From: the human T2T-CHM13v2.0 reference genome, Homo sapiens
Reading direction: 5' to 3' (one strand)
DNA: 64,000 bases
Assembly (NCBI RefSeq): GCF_009914755.1
Contig: NC_060932.1
A program made the translations under genes and the position numbers. Every line of letters begins with the position of its first letter. Position 1 is the first letter of the stretch. Of the stretch, positions 30,932 to 49,735 are shown piece after piece. The notes beneath the pieces are model-generated. The model did not search any database. It was given only the letters and a program-made list of their open reading frames with translations, and was not told the origin of the DNA.

Positions 30932-31419
30932 TCCTCATTCTTTTTTCAGAGTAACTTCTTCATCAAAATTTAAAATGAAAAAAGTAAAAATGGTAAAGCG
31001 TATGTGAAGTATTTGGGTGTTAATGTAATAAATAATTACATATTTCATTGAACTGTAATTTTTGGCTGTTAGCTATTATACCTGTAGTGTCATTATGTTT
31101 TATTCTACACAATTCAATGAATGAATTTTTGAAATGGCAAGTTGTGTTAATTCCTTTGGATTCATTACTTTTTTTCATGAAATAGCCTTTCAGCCTTGGC
31201 ATTATTAGTATAGTGGATTCTTATACTACTAAAGGTGTTGCTGAATTGTCTGGCTTACAAGAATACTCATTTAATTAAAATTTTTTTCCATTCATATATG
31301 ATTGTTAAAATTAGGTCAAATTATACACCAAATGCATTCCAAAGTTCCTAATTTTCATTCAGGTAGTTTTGAGTAGAGCTTAACAAAAGCATCTCAAAGC
31401 ATTGAACTTTCTTCCACGA

Positions 31420-31460
31420 TGTGTTTGTGTGTGTGTTTGTGTGTGCGTGTGTGTGTGTGT
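31420..31460. repeat. (TG)n microsatellite
   Basis: Direct reading. Confidence 0.9.
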
Positions 31461-32149
31461 AAATGTAACCTTCTAAGCATGTAAAATATGCACTTGCTCT
31501 GATTTTCCAGGTTCTCCCCGAAAGAAATATTTAGAGTTTGGTACTAAAATCATCAACATTGTGGATTTTAATGGAAATGTTGCCCAGCCTTTCATGTACT
31601 GCTCTAAATAATTAAAGATTATAAAATTCTTGGTTTGGTTTTTACCATGTAGATACATTTATTCTACTAACAAGCAGAACATTATATAACATAGCCCAAA
31701 TTAACAAAATGCAAAGAATATCATCTCAGCAGGAATCCTGGAACATGAAATGGATTTCCATCACTGGAATTTTTGTTACAGCTCATTTGGGTTCTGTCTA
31801 TATACTGTAGTAGTAACATTTATGTGCCCAATTCTCTGGCTTAATCTTACTGTTTTTCTGTATGAGAGGGGGAAAAGACTCTACAAATAACCTCTGTGTA
31901 TGAATTACTGTTGTTTTATTTTCTTTTGAAACTTTTCCCCCATGGGCTTGTTTTGTAATTAAAATAATGTTACTCACAGGGAGGTCTTGAGATTTTGCCC
32001 CATCTTTTTTATATTTTAGAAAAATGTCTTTGTTTCTGAGTAGTTGAGAAATCCTCATGACTTGGAGTTATATAATTATGTCTTCATTAGAAGAGTTATT
32101 AATTTACTTAAAACATAGCATTCTAGATTGGAAAGATAATATGAAAAAC

Positions 32150-33639
<1,490 letters not shown>

Positions 33640-33640
<1 letters not shown>

Positions 33641-34195
33641 GTATTGGGTGGCACCCACTAAGAACTACTCTAAGTATTACAAATAGCAGATTTCAGGAAA
33701 AAATGTGTTGGAAGAACAGAAGGAGTGAGTAGATGGGTGATTGCAATGCTACATAGAGATCACTAAGTAGAGGAAGCCATTCACACCTGTAGGACTAAAG
33801 AGGCAAACAGGAGATAATAGTATTACCTAGAGCCCATAAGTGTGCACACCACTGAAGCTGCTGGAATGACAGTTCTGCCACTACTGTAACTGGAGCTCCC
33901 ACTGTTGCTGTCAGTCACTCATTGAAGTTGCCCACCACAGTATTTTTGCAAACCCCTTCATTGAAGGAGGACCCAGTCACCTGCAAAATAGCATTTGCCA
34001 GAACAAAAATAATTGAAAAAAATATAGTTATTTCTTCTTGCCTTTTCATGTCCTATCAATATCTCTTATTGGAAGATCTTAACTGGAACCCAGCTAACGG
34101 GAGTTTATGACATTCTAGTCATTGGAAATACAAGGGAGAATATGGAAGGACAAAGGATGGCTGAGATCCAAAAAGCGAAAGCTGGCATATACAGT
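33640..34195 (-). mobile_element. Ancient MaLR LTR (MLT1N/O-like), tentative
   Basis: aactactctaagtatt…tcttattggaagatcttaactggaacccagctaac. Confidence 0.35.
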
Positions 34196-35445
34196 ATCCA
34201 TACATAATTTCAGTGCTTGTTCCCTTCTGATTAATGCATATGTTTGATGAGCATAATGTGGGGTTAATTAAGAGATTATAGGCAGATGTACATTGTAGCC
34301 ATGATGCAGGATTTCAGGATTTTCCTTTTGGAACATTTTCTCACCAAAGCTGCTGCTTCTTTCACCTATATATTTCTTCTGATTTTTTCCTCCAAAGAGG
34401 TTAGTGTCTTTCAATTAGGATCACTTCAGTCACAAGCATTTTTGTTTGAAATTTGATCATAACTCCTTCTCCCTCCCTTCCCCATTTTCCTTCTGCAAAA
34501 AAGGCTGTCATTGTGGCAGGGAAAACTAGTGTTTACCAAATATCCACATACTTCATCACATCCCCAGTCTCCCTTGCAGATAGGATAAAAGCCACATGGC
34601 TCTTTATGGAGACTGAATTGCGAACAGAAGTGATATGCCTCACTTGCCCTGGAAGACCCACTCCTGATGGCAAATATAAAAATGGAAAAGAGTTGTCTGA
34701 GCTGTACCAGACTTCATACAAGCAAAACAATCAAGTCACTGATGTCACTGATAGTTTTGTGTTTTTCAATATTAATTGCCTTGACTAGTCAGAGACATTA
34801 GAGAGGACATGATAGGTTCACACCACGTAGCTCCTCTTCCAGCTCCATCATTCTTTCTATTCCATAGGCTCCAACTGGGTTTGACAAGAATAATTTTTGT
34901 GTATCTCATGAATCACTCACACCCCTGGATTTCATTATTCAAATCCATAAATACATATATACATTTTTTTCAGACAATTTTAGGAAAATATATTTCCTAC
35001 TCTAGGTTTGAGAAAGATGTGTCAACTTTTAGCAACTTCCATCTTTTACATTCAAATTTAATAATATTATATTATGCAATTATACACTCTAGGTTTTGTT
35101 TTGCAATTTGAGCTGTATCCTTGTATCATTGAAATATCATTTTATCCATTTTAACTTTTTATTTGTTTGGAGAAATGTTTTTAGTGAATGTAAATGACAA
35201 TTTTTTTTTCCACCATTTATTTATAACTCTTCTGAAAGTCCTACTGAAACTTTCCATGCAGTATGGCATAGAATGGACCATGTCAGTTCACACGAATGGC
35301 TTTCTTTGCCCCTTTCCCTTTCCACCCTTTCCCAATATAAGCCTCATAGCCAGATGAGGCTAGATAAACAGACACATGACATTCACCCAAACTTATGATA
35401 AAATTATGCATAATACTTGGAATAGTTATTTGAGCACATGAATAA

Positions 35446-35827
<382 letters not shown>

Positions 35828-36861
35828 TAACTTTAACTTTCCTTCTGATCTTAAGAGTATTCAAATCTACTATGTTCGTAAACTCTTTGTATAAGACGTG
35901 CTCACTGCTCAGAGTCTAACACTCCTTTTCTCCATTTCTAGCTCCTATTTCCTTTTTTAATATAAACACTCTTTTTATTTTTTGGTAGCTTTTAACGAAA
36001 TATGCAGAGAGAAAATAAAAGACCCCAGGTCTCTATGAACAATTTAACAACAAATAATAACTGTAAACGGGTAAGAGTTGTTTGAACAGCATTTCTCCTC
36101 TAGATATAGTGAGTTTCATTTAATCAAATTATGACAAGCCATTTTTTTCCAACGGTTCATTGCTATATCAATGTTATGTAATTACAATTCTAGTGTAATT
36201 TTTTTTCGTTTTTGTACAGATTGGATAAAAGATTAAAAGCAGAATGGAAACCTAATAAAACAAGACTCATTAAGAACATATTACTTAGGGAAACTCGCTT
36301 TGGCTTATCCATATCTCATTTAGTACTTTGAAATTTTTTACACTAAATATTAAGTATTTTAACTACCACCACTACCACCGACAGACATCCTCATATTTTT
36401 TTATCCTCAGCTAAGATTAATTCTAGCCACTTTTCGAGCACCCACTACTGGGGCAATATCAATGAGACAAGCTTCCAAAATGTTCATCTCTTCTCGGCCC
36501 AAGATTTCTTTGTCAACACCATCACCCTGTAATTCATCCTGCTCCTACTATTGTTATTACTGTTACTTTTTTTGCTGTTATATCACTACTGTACTACTAT
36601 TCCTATTGTTATTAAATTCTTTGATGAATTTAGCAAAAGCTGTTCTGGTGAAATGATGGAATAGAACCCAAATCATAGTGGACTGGGAGGCGCTAAAAAT
36701 TGAGAAAATGATGAACACAAGTAAAAAAATCATTCTTTTGAGAAGATTGGCTGAAAAGGAGAAAAGAGGTATGATGAGCAGCAGCTATGAGGTCCTGTGT
36801 GATTGATTTGTGATTATTTTTAAAGTAAAATGTACTTGAGCAGGTTTAAAAATGAGAAGTA

Positions 36862-37164
<303 letters not shown>

Positions 37165-37560
37165 GAAGAGAGAGGATTCCCTTGAGAAAGGGAAGGTGAA
37201 TATATAGAAGAGAGAAGGGAAGAATAAAAGGTAAAGCTTTTGAAAAGGAAGGAATAAGATGGATCCCATGCTGGGAAGAAGGAATTATCATTAGAAAGAA
37301 AAAGTGAAAGCTCTCAGTTTTTTCTAGCCAGGAGAAGGAAAGAATTAACGCAAATGTAGCAATTCTCTAATTTGGCAGAGGTGAGTGGAAGGATTTGCTA
37401 TAGGAGGTTGTGTTATCTGCTGAAAGTGACAAGGTGGAGGCAGTGCTTAGGGTGTTTAAGGAGGAAGAACAAGGTACAAAAATGGCCATAAAAAGGAGCT
37501 AGGCAGATACTTCACCAGAAATAAAAGAGAATAGCCAAGGAGCATCAAAAATTCATTTGA

Positions 37561-37976
<416 letters not shown>

Positions 37977-39469
37977 TTAGGAAGAATGGGTTTTACTAGG
38001 AGGTTTAAAGTAATTAAAAAGGTATTTCTATAATTACAAAGGATTATTAAAATGACAGAGTATAAAACCTCAGCTGGATGATGAGACAAAGAAATGATTG
38101 GGAAAAGTAGAGAGATTAACACACTGCAATATCTGAAGAGGTAGATATAACTAAAGTTGTAGAATAGTTCATTCCTGATTATTTAATTAAATAGAAAATG
38201 ATATTGTCTATGAAGAATGTGGCTGGGTATATAACTTAGACCATCTTTGTAAGGTGCAGGCTATCTGTTTTTATACATGATATATGTTTTTTGAGAGTGA
38301 AATTCACAGTTTCACACCAAAGTTTGCATTTGTTTTTGTAAGGAGAAGGCATTAAGGAATTGTTCTTTAAATGTACTAAAATGCGTAGTCTCAAATGCGT
38401 ATTTCCTAAACAAAAGCATACAGCTATTTGCTGAAGTAATTACTAGTTCAAGCTGGGTGGCCTGATGCTTTTCATCTGAAAGTTACAACCAGCTCTGATT
38501 CTGTACATCAAATGAAATTTGGTATGGGTATATACACATACATATGGATAACTAATTAACATTATTTATGAAGCCACTATAGTATGCATTCCTTTATAAT
38601 AAAAGTCACAATTCACTGTTTTATAGAAGAACAAAAATAAATAAACACAAGGGAGACATTTATCCCCAAGTTTAACTTCTTCGTATAATTTGAAAATGTC
38701 CAAGATTACTTTTGTTTTATTTCTAAATACCCATGGGCTTCTTGAATATAGTTAATAATAGTTTTCTGAAAAGTGATTACATTCCTTTAACGGTAATACA
38801 TGATGGAAGAAAATATCAAATGGAGATTGTGCTATCATGACTCATGAACAGATCATGAAAATATTTAAGATTGTTTGATGGTTTGATAAACTTACTTTTA
38901 AAAATAACTAAGGTCCACTCTAAGTTAAATACATTAGCTCTGTTAGAAAGAAAAGCTGAGATGGGATAATAAAAATGAGTCATTTCTAGGTACGTTATGA
39001 GACAATTTTACTTTGTATTCTAGTCTATCAGGTACTCCTTACTCAAACATCTGGAAAGCAGCCTAGAAAATTCAACCATAAAGTATTTTGTCTTCTATCA
39101 ATAGAATGCCTTTGTCCATTAATTTCTGAAGTGATTTCTACACCCATGGAATTTTTGAAAGTAGCAATACATAAAGCAAATGAATGAAATACTGGACACA
39201 TGTAAAAATCTTTGCTGGGCCAGTTAGCTTTTTACATAATCTGCTAATATTTGAGAGTGTTCAGCAAATATGTAGCTTATGCCTCTGTTCAGTGAACTGG
39301 TCTTCACTCAATAATTTGTTTATTTAATGGAAGTCTATTGTTCTTCCTAGCAAATGTAATATATCAAAATAATATTCGTTGAGTCTAGCAAAGCGCCAAC
39401 CCTCTCTGGACATTAGCCAGTTAGCAGTAACACATGCAACTGGGGAAAATGACTAGAATCACATACGTA

Positions 39470-39640
39470 CACCATTACTGTTGGAAGAAACCTTAGAGAT
39501 TCTTGGGCTCAACCCATTTATTTTACATAAGAGGAAATTGAAACCTAGAAGAAGTGGCTTGCCAACATTTGTACAAGTACTTATAAACTGGACTAGGACC
39601 AGAGCTCAAATCTTGGACTCTACATCCAATAATCTATTTT
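39470..39640 (-). mobile_element. MIR/MIR3
   Basis: ttggaagaaaccttagagat…ttttacataagaggaaattgaaacctaga. Confidence 0.65.
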
Positions 39641-41569
39641 CCAGCTGACGAACATAGCAGAAAGATGGATATCATTTTTGCAACATGTTAGCTCTATGCA
39701 GTCTCATAAAGATAGGTTAATAGCCTCTTCACATACTGGAGAACAAAACTTGGTAATTAGAAGGAGCACTACAATAAAGCTTGTTATTTTCCCATTTTTG
39801 ATAACATCGTAGTATCATAAATAAAGAATATAAATGTACAAACTTATAATTCAAATTCATGTAAAACTCTTTTTTAGTCTTTAGTCCTTAGGCTATTCAA
39901 GGCATTATGACTACTGGATTATAAATAGACACAGTGGCCAAAAAAAGTATAATGGTTTAAATTACTTTAAACTATTTCATATTGACAAAGATGATACATT
40001 TTCATTTTCTGGCTTGAGCAGCCATGAATATAATACCAACTCCATTACATCCATAAGGTATTGAGATAAATTAAGAATGTGCTATATATCTCCTATTAAT
40101 AGAGTAAATAAGCAAGATTTTAACTTGAGAGTCTGTTGTTATATGTGAGTAAGGAAGTGAACTTCACAGATAACAGTAGGCAAATATTTATGACAATCTA
40201 TATGTCCTACTTTCTCAACTTTAAGTACAAAATGAGGTCTCATTTTATATAGTAATGTAATTAAAAGAGTTAAGACATCATCCTTGATAACTTTTGGTTC
40301 TTCTTGTTGTTACATTTCCTGTGAAGCATTTAACAATTAACTGGAGATGCTTACTAAGTTCTGGTCATTATCAGGGTGTAGAGAGAAACCAGAAAAATCT
40401 GGCCACCAGTTCCATATGTTAATGCTGCTCTTAATGTGGCTGCCACATGGCATCTCTCTTGAAAACAGGAGCTGCTATAGCCCTACTACTGGCAAAATCT
40501 AAGGCACATTACATCAAAATCAGTGCATCAATTTACTGCAGGCTCTGACCTCTGCTGGACTATTTAATGTCACCTGAGCAAAACTCATCACCAAAACCTA
40601 ATAGCTCAGAGAAGTCACTTTCAACTGAAAATAAAACAACAACAACAAAAAAGACTGGGTGTCTGAGGAACATACGGTGGTCACACTCTATCACAGTATT
40701 TTCTCAGTGAGCAGTTTTTCAGGATGCAGGCAGCAGAGCAACTTGCCCCAGAGATGAGCATAATTCGGTTTCTTCTGGCAACCTATAGGCCTAACCTGCT
40801 AATATTAGGGCCCTTGCGATTTACCTCAAACCTTTCCACAAGGTCAGCATGGCTGAAATGGACAAAGTCTTAATTTCAAGCTCAAGACATGCCTGGAGGT
40901 AGCATCTCCTCACAAGAAGTTAGGCTTTGGGGTTAAACACAGGCCATTCGTACAGGGGCCTCCCTGGTCCTCTCACCTGCCACCTACACTTATTCATTGC
41001 TTTTTCACCCCTCCAGCCTACTCAGAGATATCATTCCCATGCCTCTTTCTTTTCTCTCCCAAATCATTTTATTTTCTCTCCTATTGGATCATTCACAACA
41101 ATATACATATATAATGTTTCAATTACATTTCTTTTCTTCCCTTCACCCTACTTCCCACTTCATTTACATATCAATTCGTTGGTCCTCCTTTATGGCAAAA
41201 AGCATTGTAGATTCAAGACATCGCCATGCAAAGTGTTCTCTATGGTGGCTTAATGTCTATATCACTCCCAACTTTTAAGTGGTTGCCACTTTTAATAACA
41301 GTTTTGCTTTCTTTTTAAAAAGAGAAAAAAAGTATAACCCAACCTATTGGTTCCTGTACTATGTAAACTGCAACAAAAAATAATTGTACCCGATAACGTA
41401 TCCCATGTGAAATGTTTGAAAGAAAAGATTTTAATGAAACTTTTTCTTAAATGGTTGAAAGTTCACAAATAGGCTTATAGGTATTATCTCTGACACGTTC
41501 TTGAAAATAAAATGGGCAACAGAGACATGGCATATTTGTCTTTCCCACCACCCTATCAACCCCAAGCTC

Positions 41570-42270
41570 CATTTGTTTTCATCATTTAATATTAACAAAT
41601 ATTTATTAAGAACCAACTATGTGTTTGACCTTACACTGCCCTCCCCTTATAATGACCTTATAATGTACAAAGGTAGAAAGACATAGCCTCAGTTCTGAAA
41701 GATCTCGTAGTCTAAACAAAAATAGGAATGGAAATAGCATTTAAATTAGTTACATACAAAATTTTACGGGAACAAGAAGCTGACATTTGCAGAATGAATA
41801 GGCATTGACCAGGCAAGCTAGTAAAGAAGACAGTATTCCAGGCAGAGAGGAGAGCATTTGAAAAGGAGGAAAAAAAAAAAAAAAAAGAGTTGGGCTGAAC
41901 ACAAAACATATAATTTGTTTACTATATCTGGAGTATAAAGCTTAAAGCAGGAATAACCAGGTAAATTTGGAAAAAAAATATGGACCATATTTTGACAGCC
42001 TTCTATGCTATACTAGTTTAGGTTCTATCAGGTAAGCCAGTCATTCAAAAATGGACAAAAGTTCTAGGAAGAAAATAGGAGAACCACATGGGAATTCTTT
42101 TCCAAATACACATGGTTACCATATGTATTTTGAAAAATGTCTCAGGTGATTGATACAGCATTTCTTCCTTTCCACTTGATTTTAAAAATCACTGCTATGG
42201 ATTATTGATAGCCACTGATGCATTTTGAGCAAGTAAATTAATAAAGAGATTTGCCTACTTTAAAGATGTA
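41570..42270 (-). mobile_element. L2 fragments with a MER5-like remnant
   Basis: aacaaatatttattaagaaccaactatgtg…tattccaggcagagagg; ctcaggtgattgatacag…taaaaatcactg. Confidence 0.55.
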
Positions 42271-42467
42271 TAAGACCCCTATGGAAATTTGGTGTTACTT
42301 CTTGCCCAATGCCCACCATGGAACCATTTTACCACAATAAACATAAATCTGTCCATATTAAACAAAAATGGACATATTTTGCATAAAATTTCATAGGGAA
42401 GAACAAAAATACTTTTCTTCATGCAGTAGAAACTTGATGAATATTTCACATTAAATATCTCTATTCT

Positions 42468-42817
<350 letters not shown>

Positions 42818-43201
42818 CTAGCTTTTAAAAACAAGTCCCCTCTATCATTCTGAGCAATTTAAGTTTTTACCCTCAAAGTTGCACATCCCATTCAGAAAAA
42901 CAAAAGCCCAGTCATTTATTTATTTTTTTTCAATCACTTCCCTTACTGTGGAAGCAGTTTATAAAATTAATCAATCCTCTTAGAATAATGGGTTCTAAAT
43001 GGTGGAAATTTCAAAAAATATTTTTATATGTATTAGAATCATCAGAATAACATTCGTTCATTCATTTCATGAATGTCTTGAGTACCTACTATATGCCAGC
43101 CTATCTTAATTCATAGTTACTAATCTAGTTATATGCCTTGCCATTACTATTTATCTCTCTAAGTCTTAAGAATGTATTCCTGTCAGTGAAAGAAATCATA
43201 A

Positions 43202-43544
<343 letters not shown>

Positions 43545-44232
43545 TGTATTGTGATTTTCTGAAAAAGCTTTTTCAAAGAATAGTCTTGGCCTTTGCATAT
43601 TTTATTCTAATTTTGTTATATTGAGACTTCCATTGTCTAATGCTCTTCTACTATCCTGCTTAGAGATAGGAAATGAAATGGATATCCGTCTTGCCCTGTA
43701 ATTCTGTCAGACAAATAACAGACTTCCCCATTAGTTATATACGGCCTTAACAAATTACTTTTTTAGAAAAAGAATTTATTTCTGCACATAGGGAAAGTTA
43801 TCAAATAAAAAGGCAATTTCTATTTACATAATTCTTATAATTATTTTACATTTCCAAAGTATAACTTTATAAGCATAGCAAAGGGAAGACTTCTATCTAG
43901 TTGTATCTTCTCAACCAAGAACAGGTGGTTGAAATTCTGCTCATGCTCTGTTTCAAAATGTTGCACTGCCATTTTTGAAACTAATTTGGTGAGCCTCAGT
44001 GTAAGCTATATAGAGAAATTGCATTTACTCTGAACTATTTCCCGGTGAAACTGTTTAGCCCTCCAACCATACAAAATTAAAGGAGGACATTGAATTACTC
44101 CCCACTCAAATCTAAAGTTCCACTTCGGAATGTTTCCCTAATAAATGTATCAATCTGAAGAATTCCATGTTAATATCTTTTATTTGTCTAAGACAAATAT
44201 TTGAATAATATATCAAAACTATCTATCCTTAA

Positions 44233-44607
<375 letters not shown>

Positions 44608-44981
44608 TGAAGTAGCAGCTTTGACTAATAAGCAACTATTTCAAGAAAATACAATATTTAAAACTAGATATTTTATGCCAGATTTCTTTTTGTTGTTGTT
44701 AAAATATTACACAAAAGGCAGATATTTTAAAGGATAATTGAATTTACTTCCACTAAACAAATAAAGAAGATTAAGGAAGAGAAGCTAAAGATTTTCACTA
44801 AAATGCCTTAGGATCCATTGTGTACTTTTCCCTCCTTAATCAGTAGGCATATGTATGGCAGGGGTTGAAAGAGATTATTCAAAATTCATTTTAAAGAAAA
44901 ATACCTAATTGGGCATGTGAATGGCTTTATTAAGTACTCTAAACCATTATCTTTTTCTGTGAAATATACTTGTAGTGTGTG

Positions 44982-45144
44982 TAAGTTTGCCAGATTTAGC
45001 AAATAAAATTACAAGATGTCCAGTTAAATTTTAATTTCAGATAAACAGATAATTTTTAGTGTTAAGTATACACAGTGAAATATTTGGGACATACATATAT
45101 TAAATAATTATTTGCTACAAACTGTATTTTATCTGGCAATTCTA
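44982..45144. mobile_element. MER53 (palindromic MITE), internally deleted
   Basis: ttgccagatttagcaaataaaa…ccagttaaattttaatttcagataaaca…ctgtattttatctggcaa. Confidence 0.85.
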
Positions 45145-46389
45145 CATACAAGGCAGCTAACAGAATAAAGCATTGGGTCTTTAAAGAGAAATAATTGGCT
45201 AAAATGCAAACCTTATGCTACTTTGATGTTTGCTGAGTCACTTATAAATTGAGAACCCATTCCTCAAAGGTCCTGGCAGAAGGTGTTTGTGATTAATTTA
45301 AAAAATTTGGATCTAGACAGCTGAGTGTTCTCATGCCTCATGAAATTTGAACAACTAGGTACTTGTTTTAAACTCAAAACATTGGCTCACTAGGAAAATC
45401 TGGTAGGTTTAATCTCATGGTCTTCTTTCTCTGTTGTGATTTATTCATTACCACACTTCCTCTGAGTGCTATTGGAGAAAATTCAGTTCAAATGGCAGTG
45501 TTGAATTAATTTACCTATTTAATTTTCCAAAACCCCCAGCCACTTTACACATTGTCCCTTATACATCTGATAGTCTTTTGTTCTGTGCCTTAGCATAGCT
45601 CATTCTATTTCTTTCTCCTGCAATGTCTTCCACTTGCTGATATAAGTAGTGAAACTTTACAGAGTTTAGGATCCCCTACTCCATCAAGCCTTTCCAGTCA
45701 CTTCAGTTAACAGTGATTTTCTCTGTTTTTCATTCTTCTAGCACTTTATCATATTCTGAAATAAAGACTTAAAACTCGGGAAGGTACAAATACGTCTGGA
45801 TCCACATACATGCATACACAAACTGGTACACCCCACTAAAGATAGTTTAATATCCCTCTTTTATTTTCGTCTCACCTGGGTGGTTTGCAGACAGAGCAAC
45901 AATAAAGTATGCTGAGCTTTGACAAAATCAGGAAGGAAAGGAACGAGGATGTCACAAAGTATTATGGTGGATTATATGTGGGTTTCCTTTGAGGTTCTTT
46001 GACAACTACATGTAAAATATTTGAGTTATTTTTGGCTATAGGACTACGTTTTCTTTATTGCAACACTACTCTAAGATTGTACCAAACAGGCGCCCACATC
46101 TATAAGATTACATTCCGTTAACAACCCAGTAATAGCTTATAGATAAATTGTCTTGACAGTATCTTAATGGAAAGGACTATCCTAAGCGCTCTACATGATC
46201 AATTTTATTTAATATCTGAGATAATTGAATGAAGCATATTTTATAACTATTTTGAAATGAGACAAATGAGAGTCAAAGTGTTTTCATAAATTTCCCGAAG
46301 TCACATAGCACTTCAGATTAATTCAGGAAAAATGCACAGAGAGAGCTTCCTGTAACTCCAGCACTGAGCTAGATCTTTGGCATCAAAAA

Positions 46390-46450
46390 TAGAAGAAGAA
46401 GGAGGAGAAGAAGAAGAAGAAAAAGGGGAAAGAGGAGATGAGGAGGAGGA
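46390..46450. repeat. (GAA/GGA)n purine tract
   Basis: Direct reading; lies among MIR/L2 remnants (~45470-47130). Confidence 0.85.
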
Positions 46451-47227
46451 TAGAGTTCTTGACCTCCTATATATTATAGTCTGTTAAGAATAATATATCT
46501 GCAAATAAAATAATATAATAATATATAATATTATATAAAGATTATAAGTAAAAGAGATAAAACGATTCATTTTATGTGAGATAAGGAGAAAAAGGGGAAC
46601 AGTAAAATGTTCTAAAGGTGTCTCAAAACAATAATTTGAAAAAATCCATTAATATGCAAAGTGGTAAGCACATGTGTGTATGTAAAGGTTTTTGATTGTG
46701 AAACCAAATGACATGTTGGTGACACTACAAATAGCTCAGTAAAATAAAGTTGGAAAATACACGAAGAACCTCATATTCATGTAAATGACCTTGAGTTGTA
46801 TCATAGACAAGATGGGGAACATAATACCTTGTTATTCAAAATTAAGTCAAAATTCCTTCATTTAAAGTTTAAACTCTTAAGTCTAATAGTCAAAGCTTTG
46901 AAGAAACTGGCCCATATTGACCTTTAAACCTTTATATTTAACTACGTCTACAAATATTTTTCTCCAAAAATACCGGTCTATTCTTTCTTTCACAAAATAT
47001 GCAATGAATGCTTCTCTCTCTGTTTTTGCCATCGTTTGTTGATATACTTAGAATTTGTGCATGCACATGTGCAGAGTTCTCCATTAAAGCTTTACTTAAA
47101 TCTCTCCTTCTCTATGAAAACATTTCTATTATATAGTGGAATAATGGAGATGTCTTCATAATAGTCTATTAAAACATGGTTTCAACAACTAATACTAGGA
47201 GTCCTCTTAGGAAAGGAACTATTTTCA

Positions 47228-48035
<808 letters not shown>

Positions 48036-49370
48036 CTAGGCTAGCATATGGCAGAACATTCATTAACTGTATTCTAATGACCAGCTGACATGTGCAACCA
48101 CACTCCCCACTAGAGAGCAGGACGAGGACTCTGAGGGCAGGAACTATACCATGATTTCTATTGTTCCTATAGTGCCCAGTACATAATACAGATGCTTTAA
48201 AGATGACCAGTGAAAGAATAAACAAAATAAACACACCAAGGCAGAAAACTGTTTTATGATCACGTCTACTAGCATAGTGGAGAATCACTAATTACTTGAA
48301 AACAACAAAGTAACTTGAAAACATTAAGAGGGCTTTGAAATTAGCTATCTAACTTCCTTAGAGAGTTCATATGGCAGGCAAATGTCATATTACCAATGAA
48401 AACCTTGTCATAAAGGAGAGTTAATGACCCCGGTTGACATAAATAGGTCATGAAGGCAAATTAACTTTGAATCACTGTAGTTGTTTGCGACTGGACTGGG
48501 ACCATCTCTAAAATTGTATCTGGGACAATAAGATGCTAAAGATGTCACCAAGTTGGACTTTAGGTAGCAGAGGGATAATCAGATATAGACTGTGTTCTGA
48601 ACTTTAAGTGACACCAGACATCCACAGAGATCGGTAATAGGCAGAAAGTCGAAAGTACTCAGATAAATCGTCCCTTATCTCTTTAAGATTTTCATCAAAG
48701 CAGCCAGAGTCCCAGTCTGGCTAGATAAATGTGATAATTATTTCTAATGGTCTGTAAATAATAAAAGCAAGGAATGTTAAGTGTTTTTTAAAAACTTTCA
48801 AAGAATCATTCTATCAATCCTTATTAGACTTTAGAGTTTCATCTCTTTCATTTATAAAATAATTCATTGATTCATTTATCCAATATATATTGAATAACTA
48901 CTATGCCATCAGGCACTAACTGCCAGACATACGATGTTGAACAACACATACTTGGTCCCTACCCTCACCAAGCTTCCAATCTAGGATGAAAGATATACTG
49001 GACAAGTAAATGGAAATGTGGTGGACAATTTTAAAGGAGCAATGCAGAGGACTTGGAGAGCTTAGGAGAATGTGATCTAACTTTGCATTTTATTTCCATT
49101 TTAGAGAAAGAAAATAGGGTGAATATCAATTGGAAATGCAGCTGGCCTACCCAAGGTAAGTTGAGGGGAAATTATACTTAATATATGTTACTTTGCTGTC
49201 ATAAACTTTAAAGGTAGAAAACAAAAAAAAGCAAAACAAAAAACTGTTCTCGTCCCCATGTGGATAACTTAGTCTGAGAAGGTTTAGAAGAAAAGGGACA
49301 TGTAGGTCGACTTTAAGAGCCCCCACACCCTTAGTTAATAGCTGGAAAAAAAAAAAAGACAATGTGATGA

Positions 49371-49735
<365 letters not shown>

